From positions 1-61,562 of the IMG/VR virus record IMGVR_UViG_3300012936_005865: a stretch of DNA of 61,562 nt, one strand, 5' to 3'. The notes under the pieces were generated by a model. That model saw nothing but the letters and a program-made list of their open reading frames with translations, was not told where the DNA came from and made no database searches. The stretch is from a virus (lineage: Duplodnaviria > Caudoviricetes). Numbering within the stretch: position 1 is the stretch's first letter; the number at the start of each line of letters is the position of its first letter. The translations under genes and the position numbers were made by a program. This document shows positions 35,580 to 44,461 of the stretch, in pieces.

Positions 35580-36142
35580 AAATATTATCAATTGATATCG
35601 ATTATATGTACAGCCCTTTGATTTCTGAATATGATGATCTTGTTAAAGGTAAATCAATCAGTGTTGAAGAACAAAAGAAAATACTTTCGGCCGCTGGGTT
35701 TACACCTATGGTAAATGTCGAAAAAAAGAAAAGTGTAATAAAGTATTTGAGTCGACTGAACTGTGTGGCGATACCGAAGGTTATTTGTCAAAATCATGAC
35801 GAAATATTAGCGTTTATAGGGAATTTGCCGGCAGTTACAATTGTTAATATTGATCATCATCACGATGTATTTTATCCTGGTTGGCATGACATAAATGTAG
35901 TTGACGAGGGCAACTGGGTTCATCATCTTTCAAGAAGAACAAATCTGAATTATACCTGGGTAAGAAATAAAGATTCAGAAAATATTTCAGACAATGTAAA
36001 AATAGATTTTTTGTACAAAGAACTATATTTAGAAAAGTTAGATGAAAAAGAATTTGACTTAATTTTTATCTGTATTTCACCACACTGGACAGGCAAAGAT
36101 AGATTTGGTGTCGTACAAGAATTACTATGCGAGATGATATAA
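35576..36142 (+). CDS. UPF0489-like/arginase-deacetylase-fold protein
   Basis: ILSIDIDY, H..I, NIDHHHD, EGNW, ICISP. Confidence 0.6.
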   Translation: MKILSIDIDYMYSPLISEYDDLVKGKSISVEEQKKILSAAGFTPMVNVEKKKSVIKYLSRLNCVAIPKVICQNHDEILAFIGNLPAVTIVNIDHHHDVFYPGWHDINVVDEGNWVHHLSRRTNLNYTWVRNKDSENISDNVKIDFLYKELYLEKLDEKEFDLIFICISPHWTGKDRFGVVQELLCEMI

Positions 36143-36621
36143 TGACATTTGAATATAACGGTCTGCACATGATGGCGGACATTATTGTCCAAGATAAAAA
36201 AAAATTAACTAATCCTGTCTTAGGCGAAAAACTTCTCGAAAAAATTGTTGAATCCATTGACATGACGATGATCTTACCGCCTTTAACCGTTAAATTTCCT
36301 CATGCCACATGCGAATTATCACGAGTGGTAAAGGAGCTCGAAGCGGAGGGGCTCTCTTCTTCAAACACTGCTATTTCTTTACGTAAGGCACTAAAAGAGA
36401 GAAAAGAAGAAGCTTACGGATACTCAACATTTGTTATGATTGCAGAGAGCCACATAAGCATGCACACGTTTCCAGAATTTGGTTATTTTTCTTTTGATTG
36501 TTACTCCTGCAAATGGTTTGATGAAAAAAAGGTTTTGGCCACAATAAAAGAAATATATGATGTAAAAAAAATTATTATACAGTCGGTAGAACGAAGGATT
36601 CCAGATGTTGATAAAGTATGA
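36142..36621 (+). CDS. speD: S-adenosylmethionine decarboxylase proenzyme (pyruvoyl)
   Basis: GLH..AD, GYST.VMIAE|SHIS.HTFPE..Y.SFD.YSC. Confidence 0.9.
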   Translation: MTFEYNGLHMMADIIVQDKKKLTNPVLGEKLLEKIVESIDMTMILPPLTVKFPHATCELSRVVKELEAEGLSSSNTAISLRKALKERKEEAYGYSTFVMIAESHISMHTFPEFGYFSFDCYSCKWFDEKKVLATIKEIYDVKKIIIQSVERRIPDVDKV

Positions 36622-37411
36622 TTTAGATGATAAAGGTACTGGTCATGTCTTCGACAGAAAAAAATTGATATGTAGCGAAACAACTCAGTTTCAAAAAATA
36701 GAAATTTCGGACCTAGATATTTTAGGAAGAGTCTTAGTTTTAGACAACATAATACAACTTTCAGAGCTTGACTGTGATCGCTATCACGAAGTCTTTGCAC
36801 ACATTCCCATGAGTAATGTTTCGAACCCTAAGAAAGTATTGATACTCGGTGGAGGCGATGGAATACTAGCAAAAGAACTGTTGAAATATAATGAGTGTAC
36901 TGTTGATATGGTTGATATTGACCAGCGCGTTTGTGAATTATCTAAAAAGCATCTGTATTCTATGCATGAATCTTCCTTTGATAGTCCTCTTCTTAATGTT
37001 GTATTTGAAGATGCAATTAATTTTTGTAAAAGAAGTACGTCGAAATACGATGTAATCTTCGGTGATATTACGGACCCGCACCCGGATTCTCCATCTAGCT
37101 CCCTTATGTCGGAAGAAGCTATAGCTATATACAAAAATCTACTGACTCCTAACGGAATTTTTGTTGTACAAACCGATAACGTGCAGATAGCAAACGATTA
37201 TTACAAACGTATTAGAAATAAATTACAGAAGAGTTATAAAAACACTGGCTGCTTTGGTACTATTGCCCTGACTCTTTCGTCTGTTTTTTCATTTGTTTGG
37301 GCAACAGATGGAGAACCAATAATGCCAAAGACTGTAAAAGTCAAAACTAATTGGCTAAACGATGAACGTGTCAGATTATGCCATGATATTATCAGATTAG
37401 CAACGGAGTAA
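36605..37411 (+). CDS. speE: spermidine synthase/aminopropyltransferase
   Basis: FQ.I, L.LD..IQ.SE.D...YHE, VLILGGGDG, DID, DVIFGDITDP. Confidence 0.92.
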   Translation: MLIKYDLDDKGTGHVFDRKKLICSETTQFQKIEISDLDILGRVLVLDNIIQLSELDCDRYHEVFAHIPMSNVSNPKKVLILGGGDGILAKELLKYNECTVDMVDIDQRVCELSKKHLYSMHESSFDSPLLNVVFEDAINFCKRSTSKYDVIFGDITDPHPDSPSSSLMSEEAIAIYKNLLTPNGIFVVQTDNVQIANDYYKRIRNKLQKSYKNTGCFGTIALTLSSVFSFVWATDGEPIMPKTVKVKTNWLNDERVRLCHDIIRLATE

Positions 37412-37413
37412 AT

Positions 37414-38019
37414 ATGTTAACTGCAATGGGCGATGTAATGCGTCGAGCATATGAGAAAGGCTGGATTACCACAAGAGACGGAAATGTTTCAGTCAAAATG
37501 ACCGGTAAGAATATATTGTATATTACTCCGTCAGGATGGCGAAAAACAATTATACACCCAGAACACATCATTAAAGTGAAGTTTGTTCCGGCAGGACTTG
37601 AGATACCGGAAGGAACTAATCCATCTGGTGAATTACACATGCATTCAAAACTTCAAAGATTTGCAAAATATACACGATCTGTCGTACATCTTCACCCTAC
37701 AAATATCATCGCAGCCATGTATGCGGGGTGGAATTTACAAAAGCTCGCAGCAGAGTTTCCGGAAGTTTCTAGATACACTCGTGTAGGTCCAACTGTCCCT
37801 GTGCTTCCTGTTACTTCTCATATACTTGCCGAAGAGACATTTGAGGCTTTTACTAATTTTAAAGACACAGGAAAAAATTTAATCAAATTTGACATAGTCG
37901 GACAAAAGAATCACGGTGTATGCGCTGTTGGACCGAACCCTTGGGACGCATACGAACATATAGAGAGGCTCGAGCATATATGCGAGATTGTGCTCAAATC
38001 TGGTAAAAGACCTGAATAG
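37414..38019 (+). CDS. class II aldolase/adducin-family protein (MtnB/FucA-like)
   Basis: DGNVS, ITPSG, PSGE..MH, VVHLHP, NHG. Confidence 0.88.
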   Translation: MLTAMGDVMRRAYEKGWITTRDGNVSVKMTGKNILYITPSGWRKTIIHPEHIIKVKFVPAGLEIPEGTNPSGELHMHSKLQRFAKYTRSVVHLHPTNIIAAMYAGWNLQKLAAEFPEVSRYTRVGPTVPVLPVTSHILAEETFEAFTNFKDTGKNLIKFDIVGQKNHGVCAVGPNPWDAYEHIERLEHICEIVLKSGKRPE

Positions 38020-38054
38020 TCTTATATTTATGTGTACAAAGCTTGGAGAAATTT

Positions 38055-38726
38055 GTGAAACATAATTTATTGAGACGAAACATCCGAAGGATTTTACTAG
38101 AATCAGCAATGTTGGATGAAGAGATACTAGACAAAATATCAGCACTTTTACAGGCAGACAATAAAAATGCAAAAATAAGTAGCTACGTAAACCCGCAGTC
38201 TTTTGAGTTAATTCGAGCCTTTGGAATGGAGCCAGAAAGTTTTGATAGACACATTGATGATATTGAAACTTTTCAAGCTTTGCTTAGACTATGCATTATT
38301 CCAATTTTTCCAAATGCAGGACGCGTTAATATTATCGGGGATGCCATGGCTAAGTTTCGGGGAACTGCGGCAAAAGACGGTAAAATAGCAGTAGATTTTC
38401 CAAAAACAAATGATAAAAGACATCATTATTTTTATGTAAAATTTGATTACAAAAACAAAACTATGAAAATAATTTGCGGTATTCATGTATACAAGAGCCA
38501 TTGGCTAGCAAAAAGAGATAGTCGCGGAAAACTATTAAAAAGCAGTTCAAAAGAACTTTGGCCAGTACTCGATGATACACATAGTTTATACCCTGCGCCG
38601 TTGGGAGAAGTGCCGTTAGATCTTAAAAAAATAATAAATTGCGCAAATGATTTTAAGGAACTCATAGACCAGAATCTTCCACTGGCCGATGACCCAAATC
38701 GAACAATAGATATGCCTCGTTTCTAG
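38055..38726 (+). CDS. hypothetical protein with LLRRNIRRILLE tag
   Basis: GTG start after GGAG; shared motif. Confidence 0.65.
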   Translation: MKHNLLRRNIRRILLESAMLDEEILDKISALLQADNKNAKISSYVNPQSFELIRAFGMEPESFDRHIDDIETFQALLRLCIIPIFPNAGRVNIIGDAMAKFRGTAAKDGKIAVDFPKTNDKRHHYFYVKFDYKNKTMKIICGIHVYKSHWLAKRDSRGKLLKSSSKELWPVLDDTHSLYPAPLGEVPLDLKKIINCANDFKELIDQNLPLADDPNRTIDMPRF

Positions 38727-39110
38727 GTGAATGTAATGCAAGGTGACTGTTACGAAGTACATGGTAGATTTATGCTGAATAATTTTCAAGAAGCAGATGA
38801 ATATATTCTGGTACATGCCGAGGTAATGGGGCAGGGTCGATTGAATGGTGTTCCCTACGGACATTGTTTCCTTGTTCACAAAGCAACAGATACTGTGCAC
38901 GATAGATCTAATGGCCGTGATATAAAGATGCCACGTGCAATCTATTATATGTTAGGTAAGATAGATCAGAGTAGATACTGGGATGACAATCTAGGGCTCG
39001 TTGAGCGGACCCCTAAGATGTATGAATACACCAGAGAAGAAGCGGTGTCGTGGATGAGTGAGACAGGTACGTTTGGACCGTGGGAACTGGAGACAGAAAG
39101 TGGATACTAG
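38727..39110 (+). CDS. hypothetical protein, possible papain/transglutaminase-like Cys-His-Asp fold
   Basis: GDCY...GHCFL...VHDRSNG. Confidence 0.55.
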   Translation: MNVMQGDCYEVHGRFMLNNFQEADEYILVHAEVMGQGRLNGVPYGHCFLVHKATDTVHDRSNGRDIKMPRAIYYMLGKIDQSRYWDDNLGLVERTPKMYEYTREEAVSWMSETGTFGPWELETESGY

Positions 39111-40248
39111 AGAAAGAAATAAACTAGCAAGACGCCGCCTGCGATATGGACAAGATTCATATGAACTTGAACAGATGCGACAGAAATATACTAAAAATGA
39201 AGTCATTGACCAGTGGGATCTGTTCTGGAATGAGGAAACTAAATCTTGGTTTCATTCATTTTATGACAGAAACGGAAAGAGAGACGCATATGACACTCGA
39301 GTTGCCGACCCTTTGGATCCATGGAGAGCAGCGCTAGTAGCAGATCCTGTATCTTCAGAAGCAGATTTTTTTAGGGCTAGTGGTCAAGTTGGTGCAATGT
39401 TAGAAAATATAAAAATAGATAATTACGAAAATCCTTTTGCTTCTCGAGAAGAAGAGATAGGTGAAAAAGACGTTAGGGTAGATTCTAAAAATATGATAAG
39501 AGAATCTATACGTCGGCTAATATTAGAAGAAATAACTGTTGAGAAACCTTTATCATATGTTGATAAATTGGTTGATATGGACGGAGTGGTGCAGGTCAAA
39601 GGTTACTCGGATAATTTTGTCATTCTTATAAATGATGCAAATGGAAAGCGATTGGCTGAAATAGAGACAATTTTAGCAGATGATAAAGAACCTTTTGTTT
39701 TGAATTATCAACACAGCGTACACGAGGCAGGATATGCGTATGGAGGCCACGTGGTTGTATACGCAAAAAATTATTCAGACGACGGCTTTGGTATTCTTGC
39801 CTACGAGATTGCTCTAGAATTATGTTCGTTATATTCAGAAGGGCTTTGTTCTGATAGGTTTGAAGTTAGTCCTGATGCATTCGAAGTATGGAAAAATTAT
39901 AACTACAGGAATGATGTACTCAAAAAACAGCTTGATATGTTAGAATATCCGATGACTAGTGACACCACGGACGATGCATCCATTGTTTCGTCTGTGAGAG
40001 CATATTATGATTGGGATGACTACTTTGGGTCCAATATAACCGCTGGGCTCATAGGACCTAAAGATTACGTTAAAAATATAGGATATGTTCAGAATTGGTT
40101 TGGCAGTCTAGACCCACTTTCAAAGTTATATTATAAAAATACTTTTCCAATTCTCGATGAATTATTGGCGAACAGTATGGATGGTGCTGAACTGATACAG
40201 TGCAACGAACAAATGATGAAAGATCTACGAAAAAAATTAAGTTATTAA
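39100..40248 (+). CDS. protein with internal MIRESIRRLILEE tag and GNAT-like domain
   Basis: GFGILAYEIALEL...GLCSDRFEVSPDAFEVWKNY; paralog of 12070. Confidence 0.65.
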   Translation: MDTRERNKLARRRLRYGQDSYELEQMRQKYTKNEVIDQWDLFWNEETKSWFHSFYDRNGKRDAYDTRVADPLDPWRAALVADPVSSEADFFRASGQVGAMLENIKIDNYENPFASREEEIGEKDVRVDSKNMIRESIRRLILEEITVEKPLSYVDKLVDMDGVVQVKGYSDNFVILINDANGKRLAEIETILADDKEPFVLNYQHSVHEAGYAYGGHVVVYAKNYSDDGFGILAYEIALELCSLYSEGLCSDRFEVSPDAFEVWKNYNYRNDVLKKQLDMLEYPMTSDTTDDASIVSSVRAYYDWDDYFGSNITAGLIGPKDYVKNIGYVQNWFGSLDPLSKLYYKNTFPILDELLANSMDGAELIQCNEQMMKDLRKKLSY

Positions 40249-40302
40249 TATTAATTTATAAAATTATATGTTTTCTGTTACAATCCAGTTGCAGGGGGCA
40301 AT

Positions 40303-41883
40303 ATGAATTTTGAATATAAGAAACATTTTCCGTACGATCAAGTTAGACCGGCACAAGATAAAGCCATAAAATTTGCGCTGGATTCTTTTATCAACAAAGA
40401 TAAAAGATTTGTGATAATTGAAGCCGGCACAGGTGTCGGGAAAAGCGCGATTGGTCTGACGATAGCGAACTATCTGGGTGGTGGAGCTTACTTTCTGACA
40501 ACACAAAAGGTTTTGCAAGCACAATACATGCGAGACTTCAAAAACGAAGGACTTAAGTCACTTACTTCTTCTACTAATTTTCGGTGTCAGTATTACAAAA
40601 CAAAAGACTGCTCATCAGCATTGAGAGAAATGAAGGTTTCGAAAGACCAACGATTTAAGGCTAGTTGTGGAGGTGGCTGTGTATATAAAAAAGCAAAGGG
40701 TGAGTTTATAAATGCAGAACTAGGAACAACAAACTTTCCATATTTTATGGCAGAAACAAATTATTCTGCGCAGCTAACGCCTCGTAAGCTTCTTGTTATC
40801 GATGAATGTCATAATGTAGAGATTCAACTTGGCAATTTTGTTTCGATAGAAATATCAGAGCATTTTGCAGAGTCAATATTAAGACTTAAAGTGCCAGAAT
40901 TAAAAACAATGTATCAAGTTGTAACCTGGGTAAAAAGTGATTATCTTCCTCGACTAGCTAGAATGAAGTCACACATGGAAAATCAAATTGAAAAATTCTC
41001 GCTTGGATCAAAATTAAAAGAATTTGTTGCTATCTCAAAAAAATATGAATTAATTGACAAACACCTGTGTAAATTAAATCGATTTATATCTGTGTACAAT
41101 AAAGATAACTGGGTCATGAATGAAATAATCACAGAAGGCCGAGCAAAAAGAAAGTGGGAATTTAAACCAATCGATATCGCGCCGTTTTCAGAAGATAATT
41201 TATTCAAATCTGGAGAGAAGGTACTTCTTATGTCTGCAACCATAATGGATAAGAATGCATTTTGCCAGATCCTAGGTATCAATCCACAGGAAGCTGCTTT
41301 TGTGTCTATACCATCTCCATTCAAGAAAGAAAATAGACCAATCATATACGCGCCTGTGGCAAAGATGGGAATGAGAGATATCGATGCTTCTCTTCCGAAG
41401 ATTGCAGAAGCGGTAAAAGCAATCTTGGAACAACATAAAAATGAAAAAGGAATCATTCATTGTCATTCATATAAGGTAACAAAATTCCTGAAGGAAAATA
41501 TAAGAAGCAAAAGATTGCTTTCTCATGATTCCGAAAATAGAGACAAGATCTTGGCAAAGCACCAAGCCGATCCGAGGCCAACGGTTTTGCTATCGCCGTC
41601 AATGACTGAGGGTGTTGATCTAAAAGGAGATGCCAGTAGATTTCAGATCATTTGTAAGATTCCATATCCTTACTTAGGCGACAAATTAGTCAAAAAGCGC
41701 ATGAATAAATGGCACTGGTGGTATCCTTTACAGACCGCAAAAGTTGTTGTACAATCTGTTGGTAGATCTATCCGAAACGAAGAAGATCATGCGGTGACTT
41801 ATATTCTAGATGCAGGATGGAATTATTTTCTTAATAAAAATAAATCGATATTTCCAAAAGAATTTTTAGAATCACTAACATGA
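40303..41883 (+). CDS. DinG/XPD-family Fe-S DNA helicase
   Basis: Q motif, EAGTGVGKS, four Cys cluster, DECH, MSAT, EGVD, QSVGRSIR. Confidence 0.9.
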   Translation: MNFEYKKHFPYDQVRPAQDKAIKFALDSFINKDKRFVIIEAGTGVGKSAIGLTIANYLGGGAYFLTTQKVLQAQYMRDFKNEGLKSLTSSTNFRCQYYKTKDCSSALREMKVSKDQRFKASCGGGCVYKKAKGEFINAELGTTNFPYFMAETNYSAQLTPRKLLVIDECHNVEIQLGNFVSIEISEHFAESILRLKVPELKTMYQVVTWVKSDYLPRLARMKSHMENQIEKFSLGSKLKEFVAISKKYELIDKHLCKLNRFISVYNKDNWVMNEIITEGRAKRKWEFKPIDIAPFSEDNLFKSGEKVLLMSATIMDKNAFCQILGINPQEAAFVSIPSPFKKENRPIIYAPVAKMGMRDIDASLPKIAEAVKAILEQHKNEKGIIHCHSYKVTKFLKENIRSKRLLSHDSENRDKILAKHQADPRPTVLLSPSMTEGVDLKGDASRFQIICKIPYPYLGDKLVKKRMNKWHWWYPLQTAKVVVQSVGRSIRNEEDHAVTYILDAGWNYFLNKNKSIFPKEFLESLT

Positions 41884-41890
41884 GGGTTGT

Positions 41891-42424
41891 ATGATCGTAA
41901 AAGACATAAAAGCAATGAGAGAATTAATTGTAAAATCTGGTATTTCTCACAGGCCAATATACATGACATCTGGAGGATTTGATCCTTTGCACATTGGGCA
42001 TCTAAGGTGTATTCAGCAGACTTCTAGCATGGCAAGCAATGCAGATATTCATCCGTATAACATGACTGGCTTGGTGGTTGTCGTGGTAAATGGAGATCAG
42101 TTCCTAAATAGAAAAAAAGGTTATTCTTTTATGCCCTTGGCAGAAAGAATGGAAATTATCGATGGCCTAAAAGGAGTTGATTACGTTGTTCCATATGATG
42201 CGCCGTTTCCAGATCAAACAGTTATTGGTGCTATTCGAATCTTAAGGCCTACCTATTTTACAAAGGGAGGCGATAGGTTTGACGCGTCTACTATACCAGA
42301 ATGGAATATATGTCAAGAAATTGGATGTAAAATAATTACAGGAGTTGGTGGTGGCAAGATTCAATCGTCCAGTGACTTAGTAAGAAATTCAAAGGAAAAC
42401 GTGGGAACTAATACTAGGAGATAA
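41891..42424 (+). CDS. cytidylyltransferase-like nucleotidyltransferase
   Basis: SGGFDPLHIGH, VVVN.D, RKKG, KGGDR, SSS. Confidence 0.88.
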   Translation: MIVKDIKAMRELIVKSGISHRPIYMTSGGFDPLHIGHLRCIQQTSSMASNADIHPYNMTGLVVVVVNGDQFLNRKKGYSFMPLAERMEIIDGLKGVDYVVPYDAPFPDQTVIGAIRILRPTYFTKGGDRFDASTIPEWNICQEIGCKIITGVGGGKIQSSSDLVRNSKENVGTNTRR

Positions 42425-42774
42425 TGATGAGAAGAGTCGACAAGCCATGGGGATATGAAGTAATTTGGGCAGAAACAGATGACTACGTAGGTAAAATTAT
42501 GGAAATAAATCCTGGCCACAGAATGTCGTTACAATATCACGAGAAAAAAGAAGAAACAGTATATGTCGTAAAAGGCAAACTTTTGGTTTGGCACTCTGAT
42601 GATGACGAGGATTGCACTGTGTTTGGTCCAAACGAGGTTTATCACGTAGCCCCTAAAGTAATTCATAGATTTGGATGTCCAGAACGGGAAGACGAACCTA
42701 CTAGAATCATAGAAGTATCGACAAACTACTTGTCGGATGTTGTTAGAATAAAGGATGATTATTCAAGGAGTTAG
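42424..42774 (+). CDS. cupin, mannose-6-phosphate isomerase type II C-terminal-like
   Basis: KPWGYE, SLQYH..K.E, HRF, IEVST, DVVR..D.Y. Confidence 0.85.
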   Translation: MMRRVDKPWGYEVIWAETDDYVGKIMEINPGHRMSLQYHEKKEETVYVVKGKLLVWHSDDDEDCTVFGPNEVYHVAPKVIHRFGCPEREDEPTRIIEVSTNYLSDVVRIKDDYSRS

Positions 42775-42789
42775 TTATACTTAAATATC

Positions 42790-43218
42790 GTGTCTAAAAA
42801 ACGGAGAATTAAGATGGGTGCCGGAATCATGATCATTAAGTACAATAACCAAATACCTTTATTTCTGGGCCTTCTAGCAAAATATAAACAGATACAAAAA
42901 CACGGCGGTCAATACGACTTGCCAAAGGGCACACCTGAAAGAGGTGAATCTGCATGGCAAACAGCGCAAAGGGAATGTTACGAAGAAACAGGGTATGTCG
43001 TTAATAAAAACGAACTAATTGCTGGTCCTTACACAGAAAACGGCCTTACCATGTGGGCATGTGTGGTTCCTCGCGACACTCAGATTGTGTTGCCTATAAA
43101 TCCTGAGTCTGGCAAATACGAACATGAAGGTTATGATTGGCTAGAATTTAATGAATTATGTAATAACTGCTTTGGTTATCTAAAGCCTTTCGTCGAATGG
43201 GCACATAAAAATTTATAG
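42790..43218 (+). CDS. Nudix hydrolase
   Basis: PKG..E.GE....TAQRECYEETG Nudix box; EH..Y.W. Confidence 0.88.
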   Translation: MSKKRRIKMGAGIMIIKYNNQIPLFLGLLAKYKQIQKHGGQYDLPKGTPERGESAWQTAQRECYEETGYVVNKNELIAGPYTENGLTMWACVVPRDTQIVLPINPESGKYEHEGYDWLEFNELCNNCFGYLKPFVEWAHKNL

Positions 43219-43296
43219 TCTATAGAACCCACAGATTAAAAATGTTTATGGTTTGCAATACTTAGATATAATTAATCATATATATCGAGGTATAAC

Positions 43297-44454
43297 ATGG
43301 GATCAGTATTCTCTCACCATAAAACAGTAGCGGACCGGTCCGCCGGGGATAGAAGAAGACATAAGCAAAAAATAGATAAGGCGATTAAAGACGGAATACA
43401 CTCTATTGTTGCTGAAGAGTCTATAATTGGAAAGGACGGAAAGAAAAAGATTAGAATACCGGTGAAGGGAATAAAAGAATACAAATTTGTATATGGATCC
43501 AATTCATCAGGTGCTGGTTCTGGTGGAGAACACGATCTTAAGAAAGGACAAAAAATAGGCCAGAAAAAGAAACAAGGCCAAAAAGGAGATGAAAAAGCAG
43601 GAAATAAGCCAGGTGAAGAATACTACGACGTAGAAGTAACACTTGAAGAATTGGCAGATTATCTATTTGCTGATCTAGAACTTCCAGATCTTGAAAGAAA
43701 AGCAATGAAAAAAATCATCTCCGAAAAATGGAAAAGAAAAGGTTATCGAACACAAGGAATTAGGCCTAGACTATCCAAGAAAGAAACTGCAAAACAAAGA
43801 ATACGAAGAAAGATGGCAGCAAAAAGATCTGGAAACCTAGACGAAGAGGAAAGCTTTTCTTATATAGAGTCGGATCTGCGATACAAACATATTAAAAAAG
43901 CCAACAAAGAGACATCTTCGGCTGCCATTGTATTTATAATGGATGTATCTGGCTCGATGTCAAAACAAAAAAAATATTTAGCACGATCATTCTTTTTTCT
44001 GTTGTATCATTTTATCAGAAGTCGATATGAAAATACCGAAATTGTTTTTATTGCTCATGATACTAGACCTTATGAAGTCGACGAAGATAAATTCTTTAAC
44101 AGAGGCACAGGTGGAGGAACTATGGTATCCCCTACGATGGAATACGTTTATGATGTTATAACAAAACGATATAACCCGAACAATTGGAACGTCTATGCTT
44201 TTCATTGTTCCGATGGTGATAATTGGCCTACCGATAATGATCTTGCGCTAGATTTAACCTCAAAAGTATCAGATTTGTGTCAGCTTTATGGCTATTGCGA
44301 GATTGATCCTACGTCAGAATCTACAAAATGGTTGAATAATTTTAGTCTTCTTGAACTTTACGGCAAATGTAGTAAGATAAAATGCGTAGAAATAAATAAA
44401 AAAGAAGACGTCTGGCCGGCATTTAAGAAATTTTTTGGCGCTGTAAACAAATAG
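43297..44454 (+). CDS. yeaH: YeaH/YhbH family (DUF444) vWA protein
   Basis: DR.RH..K, Gly/Lys-rich linker, ELP.L..K, DLRY, MDVSGSM, FIAH, GGT.VS, SDGDNW. Confidence 0.92.
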   Translation: MGSVFSHHKTVADRSAGDRRRHKQKIDKAIKDGIHSIVAEESIIGKDGKKKIRIPVKGIKEYKFVYGSNSSGAGSGGEHDLKKGQKIGQKKKQGQKGDEKAGNKPGEEYYDVEVTLEELADYLFADLELPDLERKAMKKIISEKWKRKGYRTQGIRPRLSKKETAKQRIRRKMAAKRSGNLDEEESFSYIESDLRYKHIKKANKETSSAAIVFIMDVSGSMSKQKKYLARSFFFLLYHFIRSRYENTEIVFIAHDTRPYEVDEDKFFNRGTGGGTMVSPTMEYVYDVITKRYNPNNWNVYAFHCSDGDNWPTDNDLALDLTSKVSDLCQLYGYCEIDPTSESTKWLNNFSLLELYGKCSKIKCVEINKKEDVWPAFKKFFGAVNK

Positions 44455-44461
44455 GAAGATT

